From: a virus | Taxonomy: Duplodnaviria; Caudoviricetes | Length of the DNA: 64,000 nt | Virus record (IMG/VR): IMGVR_UViG_3300020414_000007 | Location: 1-64,000 of that record | Strand: one strand, 5' to 3' | Shown: positions 8,908-18,662 of the stretch, one piece after another | Layout: each line of letters begins with the position of its first letter | How positions within the stretch are numbered: the first letter of the stretch is position 1 | Made by a program: the position numbers and the translations under genes | The notes under the pieces: generated by a model | Told to the model about the DNA's origin: nothing | What the model saw: only the letters and a program-made list of their open reading frames with translations | Database searches by the model: none

Positions 8908-11679
8908 ATGGCATCTACCCAACTTTCACCAGGGGTCGTTGTTCTTGAAAGGGATCTGACCAACGTTGTAAACGCGACAGTCGATAATGTCGCTGCCATC
9001 GTTGGCTCATTTGAGAAAGGTCCTGTAGAGCAAATTACCTCTATTACCTCAGAGCGAGAGCTCTTGGCGATCTTCGGACGCCCCAACGAATACAACTACG
9101 AATACTGGTTCAGCGCTGCGCAGTTCCTGCTCTACGGCGGCACCCTTAAGTGCATCAGAGCCGCAAACGCTGCACTTAAAAACGCTATTGATACTGCACA
9201 GTTTACAGTATCAACCTTCAGCGCTGCTGATACAGTTTTGACTGTTAGCGCTGCTACAGACTTCGACGTGAATGATCTCCTCTTGATTGATGCTGAAATT
9301 TTGACGATCCAGTCGGTCTCTGGTAACGACGTTACTGTTGCTCGTGGCACACTTAGCACATCTGCTGCTTCTCACGCCGCTGCTGCTCCTGTCACTTTGA
9401 TTGAGCCTGCTGCAACTGCGTCTACTATCAACGAAGGTGCAACCTTTACTGATTCAGACACTACTCTGACAGTTACATCGGCAACTACTCTTGCTGCTGG
9501 CACCAACTCTTACATTAGAGTCGATAATGAGATTCTTAGAGTTACTGGTGTTGCAGGTAACGACCTGACTGTTTCTCGTGCGCAACTTGGCACAACTGCT
9601 GCTGCTCACACTGACGGATCTGCTGTTACTCTCCAGACTGTTACTGATAACAAGACAACTATCAATGAGCTGACTGCTACTGGCATCACTGCTCCTCTGA
9701 TCAAAAACCTCAACGAGTATGAAACTACTGTTGAGAGTGCTTCAAACAACTGGAAGTGGGCAGCGTCCTCTCCTGGTATCCACGGTAACTCCTTGAGAGT
9801 TGTGGTTACTGATGCTGGTGCTGATCAGATTGGTTATCTTGCACAACCTACCTCCGCTGAGTGGGAATTCACTGCTGGCGCAGAAGTTTCTTTCTCTGCC
9901 GCTAACATCTATGGTAAGGTTTACGGTTACTCTGTAGTCGCAACTCTTAAGGATGATGCAACTCTTGTTGGTAGCTGGGCAGACGATAACTTCTTCACTG
10001 CTAACTCTGGTAACGTCACTGGTCGCGTTGTTGCTTACAACCCTGAGACTCGTGAGTTGGAAATCACAATCGACGGCACATCTTCTGACGTGCTTGAGAT
10101 CAACGATACTCTGACTGAGTTGGCAAACAGCGGTGGATCTGCTGGATCTGCTACTGGCGATAGCGCAGTTATCGAGTCTATCTCTCGTAGACTTCGCATC
10201 TCGCTCAACGCTGGATCTCCTAGATTCCAAGCAAACCAGACTCTGACTGACGACAACGCTGCTACTATCACCATCGCTGCAGTTGGTGATGAGTATGAAG
10301 ATCGTAGATACGGTCTTAACCAGCGCTGGATCAACATCGCTCCTCGTCCTACAAGCTCTAGCTGGGTTTCTGAAAGAGGTGGTCGTAATGACCTGATGCA
10401 CGTCCTCGTGTTGGATGGCGACGGTAAGATTACTGGCACACCTGGCGCACTGCTTGAGAAATTCCTCAACGTGTCCAAGGCATCTGATGCTAGATCTCCT
10501 CAGGGTGACAACATCTACTATAAGGATGTTATCAAGAATACTTCACAGTATATCTACTGGGGTAGTCACGAAACTAATAATATCTTCGACCGCGATTCTA
10601 ACAGCAATGATAGTTTCGGTCTGAGTGGTATCAACAGAGAGTTTGACCTTATCAAGGCAGACGGTGCTATTGCATCTATCGATGATCCTAGCAACATCAA
10701 CCCCTTGAGCGTCAACGTTGTTGGCACTAAGCAAAACGCTTCTGTCGTTTACTCACTGCAAGGTGGCGTTGACGGTTACACCGTTGATCGTCCTAACATC
10801 CTCGCAGGTTACGATCTGATTAGCGATGCTGAGACTGAAGAGGTCGATTACATCCTGATGGGTCCTTCCATGAGCACCATGGCAGACACCATCGCTAAGG
10901 CACAGCACATCATTACGATTGCTAACACTCGTAAGGATTGTATCGCTTACATCTCGCCTTATAGAGCTGACGTTATTGGTCAACCTTCTACACTTCAGAT
11001 TGTTGAGCGCACCGTCAACTTCTTCGATCAGTTGACAAGCACATCTTACGCTGTGTTTGATAACAACTATAAGTACATCTACGACAAGTATAACGACGCC
11101 TATCGTTACATCCCATGTAATGCTGACGTTGCAGGTCTTACATTGAGCACAACGCTTAATCAAGAACCTTGGTTCTCACCTGCTGGTTTCAACAGAGGTC
11201 AACTCCGTAACGCAATCAAACTTGCTTACTCTCCTCTGAAGGATCACAGAGATCGCCTCTATGCTTCAAGGGTCAATCCTATTGTTGCATTCCCTGGTCA
11301 AGGCATCGTCCTATTCGGTGACAAGACTGCTCTCGCTTTCCAATCTGCATTCGACAGGATCAACGTCCGTCGTCTCTTCTTGGTTATCGAAGAGGCAATC
11401 GCTGAAGCAGCGAAGACTCAACTGTTTGAATTGAATGATGAGTTTACTCGTCAGTCCTTCAAGAACGTGGTTGAGCCTTACCTTCGCTCTGTCCAGTCAC
11501 GTCGCGGTATCCTCGACTTCCTCGTGGTCTGCGATGGCACCAACAACCCTGCGGAATCTATTGACCGTGGTGAATTCTACGCTGAGATCTTTGTGAAACC
11601 CACAAGATCCATCAACTTCATCACACTCACCTTTACTGCAACTAGAACTGGTGCTTCCTTTACTGAAATCACTACTTGA
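8908..11679 (+). CDS. g18: tail sheath protein (923 aa, with inserted repeats)
   Basis: SPGVVVLERD N-terminus; WFSPAGFNRG; FDRINVRRLF. Confidence 0.96.
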   Translation: MASTQLSPGVVVLERDLTNVVNATVDNVAAIVGSFEKGPVEQITSITSERELLAIFGRPNEYNYEYWFSAAQFLLYGGTLKCIRAANAALKNAIDTAQFTVSTFSAADTVLTVSAATDFDVNDLLLIDAEILTIQSVSGNDVTVARGTLSTSAASHAAAAPVTLIEPAATASTINEGATFTDSDTTLTVTSATTLAAGTNSYIRVDNEILRVTGVAGNDLTVSRAQLGTTAAAHTDGSAVTLQTVTDNKTTINELTATGITAPLIKNLNEYETTVESASNNWKWAASSPGIHGNSLRVVVTDAGADQIGYLAQPTSAEWEFTAGAEVSFSAANIYGKVYGYSVVATLKDDATLVGSWADDNFFTANSGNVTGRVVAYNPETRELEITIDGTSSDVLEINDTLTELANSGGSAGSATGDSAVIESISRRLRISLNAGSPRFQANQTLTDDNAATITIAAVGDEYEDRRYGLNQRWINIAPRPTSSSWVSERGGRNDLMHVLVLDGDGKITGTPGALLEKFLNVSKASDARSPQGDNIYYKDVIKNTSQYIYWGSHETNNIFDRDSNSNDSFGLSGINREFDLIKADGAIASIDDPSNINPLSVNVVGTKQNASVVYSLQGGVDGYTVDRPNILAGYDLISDAETEEVDYILMGPSMSTMADTIAKAQHIITIANTRKDCIAYISPYRADVIGQPSTLQIVERTVNFFDQLTSTSYAVFDNNYKYIYDKYNDAYRYIPCNADVAGLTLSTTLNQEPWFSPAGFNRGQLRNAIKLAYSPLKDHRDRLYASRVNPIVAFPGQGIVLFGDKTALAFQSAFDRINVRRLFLVIEEAIAEAAKTQLFELNDEFTRQSFKNVVEPYLRSVQSRRGILDFLVVCDGTNNPAESIDRGEFYAEIFVKPTRSINFITLTFTATRTGASFTEITT

Positions 11680-11728
11680 TTATCAACCTACTTCCGTTAA
11701 TTCATTACATCCATTAGGAGTTTAACAA

Positions 11729-12415
11729 ATGGCCGTCAATCCAGATCTTTCAAGATATCCTGGTCAGTCGGAAGGTAAGCAGGTCAACGCACCTATCCTT
11801 GACTTCCGTAACCGTATTGGGGATCTTGCCCGCCCTAACCTTTTCCAAGTGGAAATTGGTTTCCCACAAATCATCACCAATGGTCGCCCTGCTACGGGTG
11901 CGACCCCTGGTTCTACAGAAGAGCGCACACAGGAAGAAGCAGGTGCCAGCAACGCTGGCTCTGCCTCAGCATCTGCCTCTCTTGCATCCTTCCTTGTGAA
12001 GGCTGCTAACATCCCTGCATCTACAGTGGGTGTGATCGATGTCCCTTACAGAGGACGCACACTCAAGATCGCTGGTGACAGAACCTTTGAGCCTTGGACA
12101 GTTACTGTCCTTAACGACAAAGGATTCGCACTTAGATCTAAGTTTGAAGAGTGGTCTACTAAGATCCAAGCACTTCAGCAAAACTTGCAGGAAGCAAAAG
12201 TCATCTCTCAATATCAGTCTGACGCTGTTGTGCGCCAGTATGATAGACAGGGTGCCGTCGTTAGATCCTACCAATTCGTTGGTATCTGGCCTTCTAACAT
12301 CTCTGCCATTGACCTTGCATGGGATAGCAACGATACTCCTGAAGAGTATACCGTTGAATTCCAAGTTCAGTACTGGACATATGCAAACGATGTCAACATG
12401 GCAAACGGCGTCTGA
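11729..12415 (+). CDS. g19: tail tube protein
   Basis: ARPNLF, YRGRTLKIAGDRTFEPWTVT. Confidence 0.95.
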   Translation: MAVNPDLSRYPGQSEGKQVNAPILDFRNRIGDLARPNLFQVEIGFPQIITNGRPATGATPGSTEERTQEEAGASNAGSASASASLASFLVKAANIPASTVGVIDVPYRGRTLKIAGDRTFEPWTVTVLNDKGFALRSKFEEWSTKIQALQQNLQEAKVISQYQSDAVVRQYDRQGAVVRSYQFVGIWPSNISAIDLAWDSNDTPEEYTVEFQVQYWTYANDVNMANGV

Positions 12416-12423
12416 TAAAGATG

Positions 12424-12430
12424 CTAAATA
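12424..12430 (+). promoter_or_regulatory. late promoter for g20
   Basis: CTAAATA in the intergenic gap. Confidence 0.65.
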
Positions 12431-12455
12431 ATATTATAATGATTTCGGTGTAAGA

Positions 12456-14060
12456 ATGTCATCTCAATTATTTGGATATTCTCTTGATAGGAAGAAGGGC
12501 TCCACGAAGGTGGGTCCTTCTTTCGTGCGTAAAGAGAATGATGATGCTGCGCAACCGATAGTTGCGGGCGGATACTTTGGTCAGTACGTTGACCTAGGTG
12601 ATGCTGCCAATAAGCAAAGTGAAGTGGACTTGATTGGAAGATATCGTGAGATGTCTCTCCATCCTGAGTGTGATAGTGCTATTGCAGATATTGTAAACGA
12701 GGCTATCGCTGGTGATCTTGACGATCATCCTGTTGACATTGAGCTCTCTAATCTCGATGTCTCTGATAATGTTAAGTCAAGAATGAGAGAAGAGTTTGGT
12801 AACATCTTATCTCTCTTAGATTTTGATAGAAGAGCATATGACATCTTCCGCAGATGGTATATCGATGGAAGACTTTTTTATCATAAGATGATCAACCCTG
12901 AGAATCCTAAGGAAGGGATTACTGAGCTCAGGTATATTGATCCTCGTAAGATTAAAAAGGTTGTTGAATACGATAAACCAAAAGACAGAGTATCACCTGC
13001 TGATCCTGCAGTATCTACTTTGATCCCTAAATCTGTAGAGTATTACATCTACAGTCCAAAAGGTCTTAGAGGATATGAGAATCACGGTGTAAAGATTGCG
13101 CCTGATGCAATCTGTTATTGTCATTCAGGACAGACAGATATGCAACGCAATTTTGTTTTGTCTAACCTTCATAAAGCTATTAAAGCACTCAATCAGCTCC
13201 GCATGATTGAGGACTCTCTGGTCATCTATCGTCTGTCCAGAGCACCCGAGCGTCGTATCTTCTACATCGACGTTGGTAATCTGCCTAAGCAAAAGGCAGA
13301 GCAATACCTTAGAGAGGTGATGAGTCGCTACCGTAACAAGCTTGTCTACAACGCTGACACGGGAGAGATTCGTGATGATAAGAAATTTATGTCTATGTTG
13401 GAAGACTTTTGGCTTCCACGTCGCGAGGGAGGGCGTGGCACAGAAATTTCTACCCTACCTGGCGGGCAAAACCTTGGAGAATTGGAAGACGTTAAGTACT
13501 TCCAGAAAAAACTCTATCGCTCTCTGAATGTCCCAGAGTCGCGATTGGAATCTGACAATACTTTCAACGTTGGTAGATCTGCAGAGATCACTCGCGATGA
13601 AGTTAAATTCCAAAAATTTGTCGTTAGGCTCCGCAAGCGCTTCAGTGATCTGTTTAGTGATCTGCTGAAGACACAGTTGGTGCTTAAAGGCGTTGTCTCA
13701 CTTGAAGAGTGGGATGATATGAAGGAGCACATCCAATACGATTTCGTTGCGGATAACTACTTCAGTGAATTGAAAGAGAAGGAATTGCTCAATGAGCGCA
13801 TGGCTCTTCTCGCTCAAATGGATCCCTTTGCTGGAAAGTATTTCTCACTTGAATATCTTCGTCGTCAAATTCTACGTCAGACTGACAGCGAGTTTACGGA
13901 GATTGATAAGCAAATGAAGAAAGAAATTAAAGATGGTAAGCTTATTGATCCTTTGTCTATGCCTGCTATGGAGCATGAGCAGATGGCAATGTCACTTCAA
14001 CCTCCGCAAGAAGAGGAAGAAGGAATGGATCCCGCAGACTATGAAAAGGGAAATATCTAA
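12456..14060 (+). CDS. g20: portal protein
   Basis: RAPERRIFYIDVGNLPK, EDFWLPRREGGRGTEI. Confidence 0.97.
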   Translation: MSSQLFGYSLDRKKGSTKVGPSFVRKENDDAAQPIVAGGYFGQYVDLGDAANKQSEVDLIGRYREMSLHPECDSAIADIVNEAIAGDLDDHPVDIELSNLDVSDNVKSRMREEFGNILSLLDFDRRAYDIFRRWYIDGRLFYHKMINPENPKEGITELRYIDPRKIKKVVEYDKPKDRVSPADPAVSTLIPKSVEYYIYSPKGLRGYENHGVKIAPDAICYCHSGQTDMQRNFVLSNLHKAIKALNQLRMIEDSLVIYRLSRAPERRIFYIDVGNLPKQKAEQYLREVMSRYRNKLVYNADTGEIRDDKKFMSMLEDFWLPRREGGRGTEISTLPGGQNLGELEDVKYFQKKLYRSLNVPESRLESDNTFNVGRSAEITRDEVKFQKFVVRLRKRFSDLFSDLLKTQLVLKGVVSLEEWDDMKEHIQYDFVADNYFSELKEKELLNERMALLAQMDPFAGKYFSLEYLRRQILRQTDSEFTEIDKQMKKEIKDGKLIDPLSMPAMEHEQMAMSLQPPQEEEEGMDPADYEKGNI

Positions 14061-14085
14061 ATAGTATTATTGAATCAACATAATC

Positions 14086-14340
14086 ATGCCAACTCAAGCC
14101 GCACTAGACATTGTAAATTCCGTATTCGCTGGTCAGAAAGATATTTCTGATTATGTTGCTAATGCATTGCAGACTACTGCAGTTGATGCAATCGACGCAA
14201 AGAAGCAAGAAATCGGTAAGCAGATGTTTAACCCCAACGCTCCAGAGGAGGAGAAACCTGAAGAGGAGACTCCAACTGCTGAGGCACAACCCGAAACACC
14301 AGAGGAAACTACAGATGAAACTGATCAGGGAGGAGATTGA
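14086..14340 (+). CDS. acidic prohead core protein (gp67/68 position)
   Basis: Between g20 and g21, acidic tail, late promoter CTAAATA at 14057. Confidence 0.6.
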   Translation: MPTQAALDIVNSVFAGQKDISDYVANALQTTAVDAIDAKKQEIGKQMFNPNAPEEEKPEEETPTAEAQPETPEETTDETDQGGD

Positions 14341-14962
14341 ATCCGCTAAGGTTGTAATTACTGAAGGTAAGAATGGCAAGAGAAGCCATTTTATCGAAGG
14401 TGTCTTCCTGCAAGGTGCAATCAAAAATCGCAACGGAAGAATGTATCCAGTGGAAACATTGGGTAGAGAAGTTGCTAAATACAACGAGTCTTACATTTCA
14501 AAAGGTCGCGCACTTGGTGAATTGGGTCATCCTGATGGTCCTACCATTAACCTCGACCGCGTGTCTCACCTGATTACTTCTTTGAAGCAAGAGGGTAACA
14601 ACTTCGTAGGTAAGGCAAGACTTCTCGATACCCCCATGGGTAACATCGCTAAGTCGTTGCTCGACGAAGGTGTAAAGCTTGGAGTTTCTTCCAGAGGTCT
14701 CGGATCTATCAAGGAAGAAAACGGCATCAAAGTTGTCTCTGATGACTTCATGTTGGCAACCGCTGCGGATATCGTAGCAGATCCTTCTGCCCCTGACGCT
14801 TTCGTCAATGGCATTATGGAAGGAAGAGAATGGGTCTATGCTGGTGGTGCAATCCATGAGCAAACCATTGACAAAATTAGACGCAGAGTTGATAATGCTG
14901 CGCGAAATCAAATGGAGGAAATCAAACTTTCCGCATTCCATTCGTTTTTGAAAAATCTATAA
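14315..14962 (+). CDS. g21: prohead protease
   Basis: MKLIREE start; NRNGRMY, GELGHP, GVSSRGLGS, DIVADPS. Confidence 0.95.
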   Translation: MKLIREEIESAKVVITEGKNGKRSHFIEGVFLQGAIKNRNGRMYPVETLGREVAKYNESYISKGRALGELGHPDGPTINLDRVSHLITSLKQEGNNFVGKARLLDTPMGNIAKSLLDEGVKLGVSSRGLGSIKEENGIKVVSDDFMLATAADIVADPSAPDAFVNGIMEGREWVYAGGAIHEQTIDKIRRRVDNAARNQMEEIKLSAFHSFLKNL

Positions 14963-15012
14963 ACATAAATAATCATAGTAAATCCACGAATTTGTACCCG
15001 AGGAGACACCAC

Positions 15013-16062
15013 ATGTCTAACGAAATTGAAACAAATCTGGACGAATCGAGCGTGACCGCAAACGCTAAGCCTGGCGATCCCCAGAAAAAACTGGAGAATG
15101 ACGGCAGTAGCCTTGGTGGTGTGCAAGACCTCGGTGGTCCTACTCCCCAAAACAGCAAGCCTGACGACGATAGTAACAAGTATAAGACTATCGCGGGTGG
15201 CAACGCAGTACCCCCTTCCACAAAACCTTCTGACGCATCCGCACAGAAAGCTGAATTCAGCACTAAAGGCGATGTAAAAGCTGGTCACGAGCCTGAGGGC
15301 GAAGTGATTGCTGAAACAGAAGAAACTCAGGAGACTGTGATCGAAGTCGATCTGTCTGCTGACGTTGCAGCTCTGACTGAGGGTGAAGACCTTTCAGAAG
15401 AATTCAAGGATAAAGCAAAGACAATCTTTGAGGCTGCTGTGGTGTCTCGCCTCAATGAAGAGTTGGAGCGTATGCACGAGGACTATGCAAAGGTCCTTGC
15501 AGAAGAAATTGAGACCGTCAAATCTGATCTTGCGGAAAAGGTTGACGACTATCTTACATACTCTGTTTCTCAATGGATGAAAGCTAATGAGCTTGCCGTT
15601 GAGCATGGCATTAAGACAGAGATGGCAGAAAACGTCCTTTCTGGTCTCAAACAAGTTTTCGTCGAGAATTTCATCGATCTTCCCGACGAGAAAGTTGACT
15701 TGGTTGACGAGATGACCGAGCAACTTCATAGTATGGAAACTAAACTCAACGAACAAATCGAAGAAAACGTTGTCCTCAGCAAAGAGGTCGGCGGATTTGT
15801 CAAGAATGGGATCGTGAGCGAAATCTCTGAAGGATTGTCACAGACTCAGCGCGAGAAACTGGCATCCCTTGCAGAGGCTGTTGAGTTTGAAAATGAAGAG
15901 TCTTTCCGTGCGAAGGTCTCTACCCTCCGTGAATCATATTTCTCTACCAAACCTCAAGTAACTACTGTTACTGAAGACGTAGAGGTGGAGAATGCACCCA
16001 CTGGTGATGCAATGTCTGCCTATGTGACTGCACTGTCACGCTGGGCATCTAAGTCCAATTAA
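15013..16062 (+). CDS. g22: prohead core scaffold protein
   Basis: Acidic coiled coil, KAKTIFEAAV; late promoter ATAAATA at 14965; SD AGGAG. Confidence 0.93.
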   Translation: MSNEIETNLDESSVTANAKPGDPQKKLENDGSSLGGVQDLGGPTPQNSKPDDDSNKYKTIAGGNAVPPSTKPSDASAQKAEFSTKGDVKAGHEPEGEVIAETEETQETVIEVDLSADVAALTEGEDLSEEFKDKAKTIFEAAVVSRLNEELERMHEDYAKVLAEEIETVKSDLAEKVDDYLTYSVSQWMKANELAVEHGIKTEMAENVLSGLKQVFVENFIDLPDEKVDLVDEMTEQLHSMETKLNEQIEENVVLSKEVGGFVKNGIVSEISEGLSQTQREKLASLAEAVEFENEESFRAKVSTLRESYFSTKPQVTTVTEDVEVENAPTGDAMSAYVTALSRWASKSN

Positions 16063-16092
16063 TTTTTTAATTTCCCTAGGATAGTAATTCAA

Positions 16093-17439
16093 ATGTTTAA
16101 CACAGAATCTCTCCAGGAGAAGTGGTCCCCTATTCTTGAGCACTCCGAGCTCGATCCTATCAAGGATAACTATAGAAAAGCGGTTACCTCTGTCCTTCTG
16201 GAAAACCAAGAAAGATTCCTCGCTGAAGAGCGTGGTCTCATTACAGAAGCAGCACCTACCAACTCTCTTGGTGGTACTGGTTACAGTGGTAGCTCTACAG
16301 CTACTGGTCCTGTTGCAGGTTTCGACCCTGTGCTGATCAGTCTGCTCAGACGCTCCATGCCTAAGCTGATTGCTTATGATATCTGCGGTGTGCAACCAAT
16401 GACTGGTCCTACTGGACTGATCTTCGCAATGCGCTCCCGCTATACCAATCAGACTGGCACAGAAGCATTCTTCAACGAAGCAAACTCCGAGTTTACTTCT
16501 GAGAACGCTGCTAACAGCCTTGCCTCAAACACTCAAACAGGTAGCAATCCTGGTCTGCTTGCTGACGCTGCTGGTAACTACACCATTGGTGGTCAGGGTA
16601 TGACAACTGCTCAGGCAGAAGCTCTTGGTGACGCTGCTAATAACAGCTTCGCTGAAATGGGATTCAGCATTGAGAAAGTTACTGTGACTGCTAAGTCCAG
16701 AGCCCTCAAAGCAGAATACAGTCTTGAGCTTGCTCAGGACTTGAAAGCAGTCCACGGTCTGGACGCCGAGTCTGAGCTCGCCAACATCCTCTCTACTGAG
16801 GTGCTTGCCGAGATCAACCGCGAAGTCGTGAGAACTGTTTACAAGATCGCAAGACCTGGCGCTCAAAACAACACCGCAACTGCTGGCACATTCGACCTCG
16901 ACGTTGACTCCAACGGTAGATGGTCGGTTGAGAAATTCAAAGGTCTTCTCTTCCAGATTGAGAGAGACATGAATGCCATCGGTCATGAGACTCGTCGCGG
17001 GAAGGGCAACATCCTCATCTGCTCTGCTGATGTGGCATCTGCTCTCTCTATGGCTGGCGTGCTCGACTACACTCCTGCTCTTGCTGGTAACAGCAACCTT
17101 CTCCCTGATGATAACAGCAGCACTCTTGCTGGTACTCTGAATGGTAGAATCAAGGTGTATGTTGATCCTTACTCTGCAAACGTGAGTGATTCTCACTTCT
17201 ACGTTGCTGGATACAAGGGCACTAACGCTTATGACGCTGGTCTCTTCTACTGCCCCTATGTGCCTCTCCAAATGGTCAGAGCCGTGGGTCAGGACACCTT
17301 CCAGCCCAAGATTGGCTTCAAGACCAGATATGGTATGGTCGCCAACCCATTCGCTGAAGGCACAACCCAAGGTGAAGGCGCTCTTAACGCTAACGCTAAC
17401 CGTTACTACAGACGTACTAAGGTTGCTAACCTCATGTGA
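16093..17439 (+). CDS. g23: major capsid protein
   Basis: GVQPMTGPTGLIFAMR, KSRALKAEYS, FQPKIGFKTRYG. Confidence 0.98.
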   Translation: MFNTESLQEKWSPILEHSELDPIKDNYRKAVTSVLLENQERFLAEERGLITEAAPTNSLGGTGYSGSSTATGPVAGFDPVLISLLRRSMPKLIAYDICGVQPMTGPTGLIFAMRSRYTNQTGTEAFFNEANSEFTSENAANSLASNTQTGSNPGLLADAAGNYTIGGQGMTTAQAEALGDAANNSFAEMGFSIEKVTVTAKSRALKAEYSLELAQDLKAVHGLDAESELANILSTEVLAEINREVVRTVYKIARPGAQNNTATAGTFDLDVDSNGRWSVEKFKGLLFQIERDMNAIGHETRRGKGNILICSADVASALSMAGVLDYTPALAGNSNLLPDDNSSTLAGTLNGRIKVYVDPYSANVSDSHFYVAGYKGTNAYDAGLFYCPYVPLQMVRAVGQDTFQPKIGFKTRYGMVANPFAEGTTQGEGALNANANRYYRRTKVANLM

Positions 17440-17461
17440 TCCATATTTCACATACTTTTCG

Positions 17462-17487
17462 GAGGGGCTTGACGCCCCTCTTTTTTT
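17462..17487 (+). terminator. intrinsic terminator after g23
   Basis: GAGGGGC-TTGAC-GCCCCTC followed by a T run. Confidence 0.85.
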
Positions 17488-17497
17488 ATGCCATACT
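17469..17497 (+). promoter_or_regulatory. sigma70-type promoter overlapping the g23 terminator
   Basis: TTGACG-17 nt-CATACT with extended TG. Confidence 0.55.
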
Positions 17498-17503
17498 ATA
17501 TCT

Positions 17504-17725
17504 GTTGAGTTGATCGCTCAACACGGGAGTGACCGAATAACCCTGTTGGAATTTGGCGGGGTAAGGTAAATGATTAGAGGTGGTGCTCGCTGCTAGGTCC
17601 GTCCTAGAGAACCCCGACCAAGGGAATCATTGTTGTTATGCCCAAAATTTCGCACTAGCGATTCCCATAACATGAGGGTAAAATGTAATCCCTCCTCCCA
17701 CACCCTACAAAGGGTGTATTTTTTT
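17504..17725 (+). ncRNA. structured ncRNA resembling the manA RNA motif
   Basis: ORF-free, GC-richer stretch with its own promoter and terminator (ACACCCT..AGGGTGT + T run); 5' hairpin GTTGAG/CTCAAC; GGGAGTGACCGAATAA and GGTGGTGCT blocks match my recollection of manA RNA. Confidence 0.6.
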
Positions 17726-17750
17726 GTCTATTTGTAAAAAAGCAACAAAA

Positions 17751-17791
17751 GTATATTACGATACCAAAACACTTATAAGTAGTAATAGAAT
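17751..17791 (+). promoter_or_regulatory. NtcA-type promoter
   Basis: GTA-TATTACGA-TAC, 21 nt, then TAGAAT. Confidence 0.5.
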
Positions 17792-17862
17792 TATGCGAGG
17801 TGGAAAAATGAATCCAAGCCTTCCTACATCATGAATGCTACAAATTTATGGAGGAAGTTATC

Positions 17863-18036
17863 ATGCATAACATCCTATCGCGAAATCAACTAGACGAATG
17901 GAGACACTTTGAAGATACCGTTGACAGTTTAGCACTGGAAGACGAAAGATTAAGTGATTACTACGAATGTCTAATTGAATGCGATACTTATAATCAGGCT
18001 CAATGCAAACGAATATGCAAAGAGGTTCTTATGTAA
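17863..18036 (+). CDS. small Cys-motif protein of cyanobacteria/cyanophages
   Basis: MHNILSRNQL...DYYECLIEC.....CKRIC; SD GGAGG. Confidence 0.75.
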   Translation: MHNILSRNQLDEWRHFEDTVDSLALEDERLSDYYECLIECDTYNQAQCKRICKEVLM

Positions 18037-18061
18037 CCAAACGCTGACAGGTATAGGATTC

Positions 18062-18088
18062 GGGGGTGCTACGGCACCCCTTTTTTTG
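18062..18088 (+). terminator. intrinsic terminator
   Basis: GGGGTGC-TACG-GCACCCC followed by a T run. Confidence 0.85.
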
Positions 18089-18128
18089 TTAAATAGTCTA
18101 TAATAAATTGACCTATTGCCAGATCGTT

Positions 18129-18293
18129 ATGCCTCGTGGTATAGTAAGTAAGGTTGACATGACCGCTCGTTTAATTAAACTGAAGAATGAATTGTATAAC
18201 GGGATGCATCATGATAAAAATGGTGACTGGCATGATGGCGCACATCACGCTTATAATCAAATCCTAGACATCCTTAACGAATACATTCAATGA
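18129..18293 (+). CDS. hypothetical protein
   Basis: MPRG...WHDGAH. Confidence 0.65.
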   Translation: MPRGIVSKVDMTARLIKLKNELYNGMHHDKNGDWHDGAHHAYNQILDILNEYIQ

Positions 18294-18472
18294 GCAGAAA
18301 TTCTAAAGACCTCGATTTCATTGATGACCATTTTGAAAACCACATGGAAATTTTGAAGGCGCGTATTGCACGCATTAAAAACAACGCTCTCATGGAAGAG
18401 CCTTGCCCCATCTATGAGGGCGATGCAGAAGACTGGGAAGACTTCTGGTACAACGAGGATACAGATGACTAA
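18290..18472 (+). CDS. acidic hypothetical protein
   Basis: ATGA overlap. Confidence 0.6.
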   Translation: MSRNSKDLDFIDDHFENHMEILKARIARIKNNALMEEPCPIYEGDAEDWEDFWYNEDTDD

Positions 18473-18662
18473 TGGCACTCCCATTACCAAGGAAGAAGTC
18501 AAGGAAATGATTGATGATGCCATACGACAACATAATCGTAACGCTTCAATTATCAGTTTTTGTGTTGGTTGGGTTGTTCTTGCACTTTTTGCTGAGGGTT
18601 TGCTTCGACTTATTGGAGTAATCCCACCCTTACTGCCATGGCTACAGATCACATTGAAGTAA
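18465..18662 (+). CDS. small membrane protein
   Basis: EMIDDAIRQHNRNASIIS followed by a TM helix. Confidence 0.7.
   Translation: MTNGTPITKEEVKEMIDDAIRQHNRNASIISFCVGWVVLALFAEGLLRLIGVIPPLLPWLQITLK

Noticed and set aside
16525-17451. 308-aa minus-strand ORF
   Set aside because: Antisense shadow of g23 caused by codon bias; no motifs or SD. The same applies to 9742..10401, 46576..47103 and 51112..51714
17186-17569. + strand ORF running from g23 into the ncRNA
   Set aside because: Alternative frame of g23 that crosses a terminator; no protein-like features
17863-18036. Possible CP12
   Set aside because: Lacks the AWD.VEEL core and the CP12 Cys spacing
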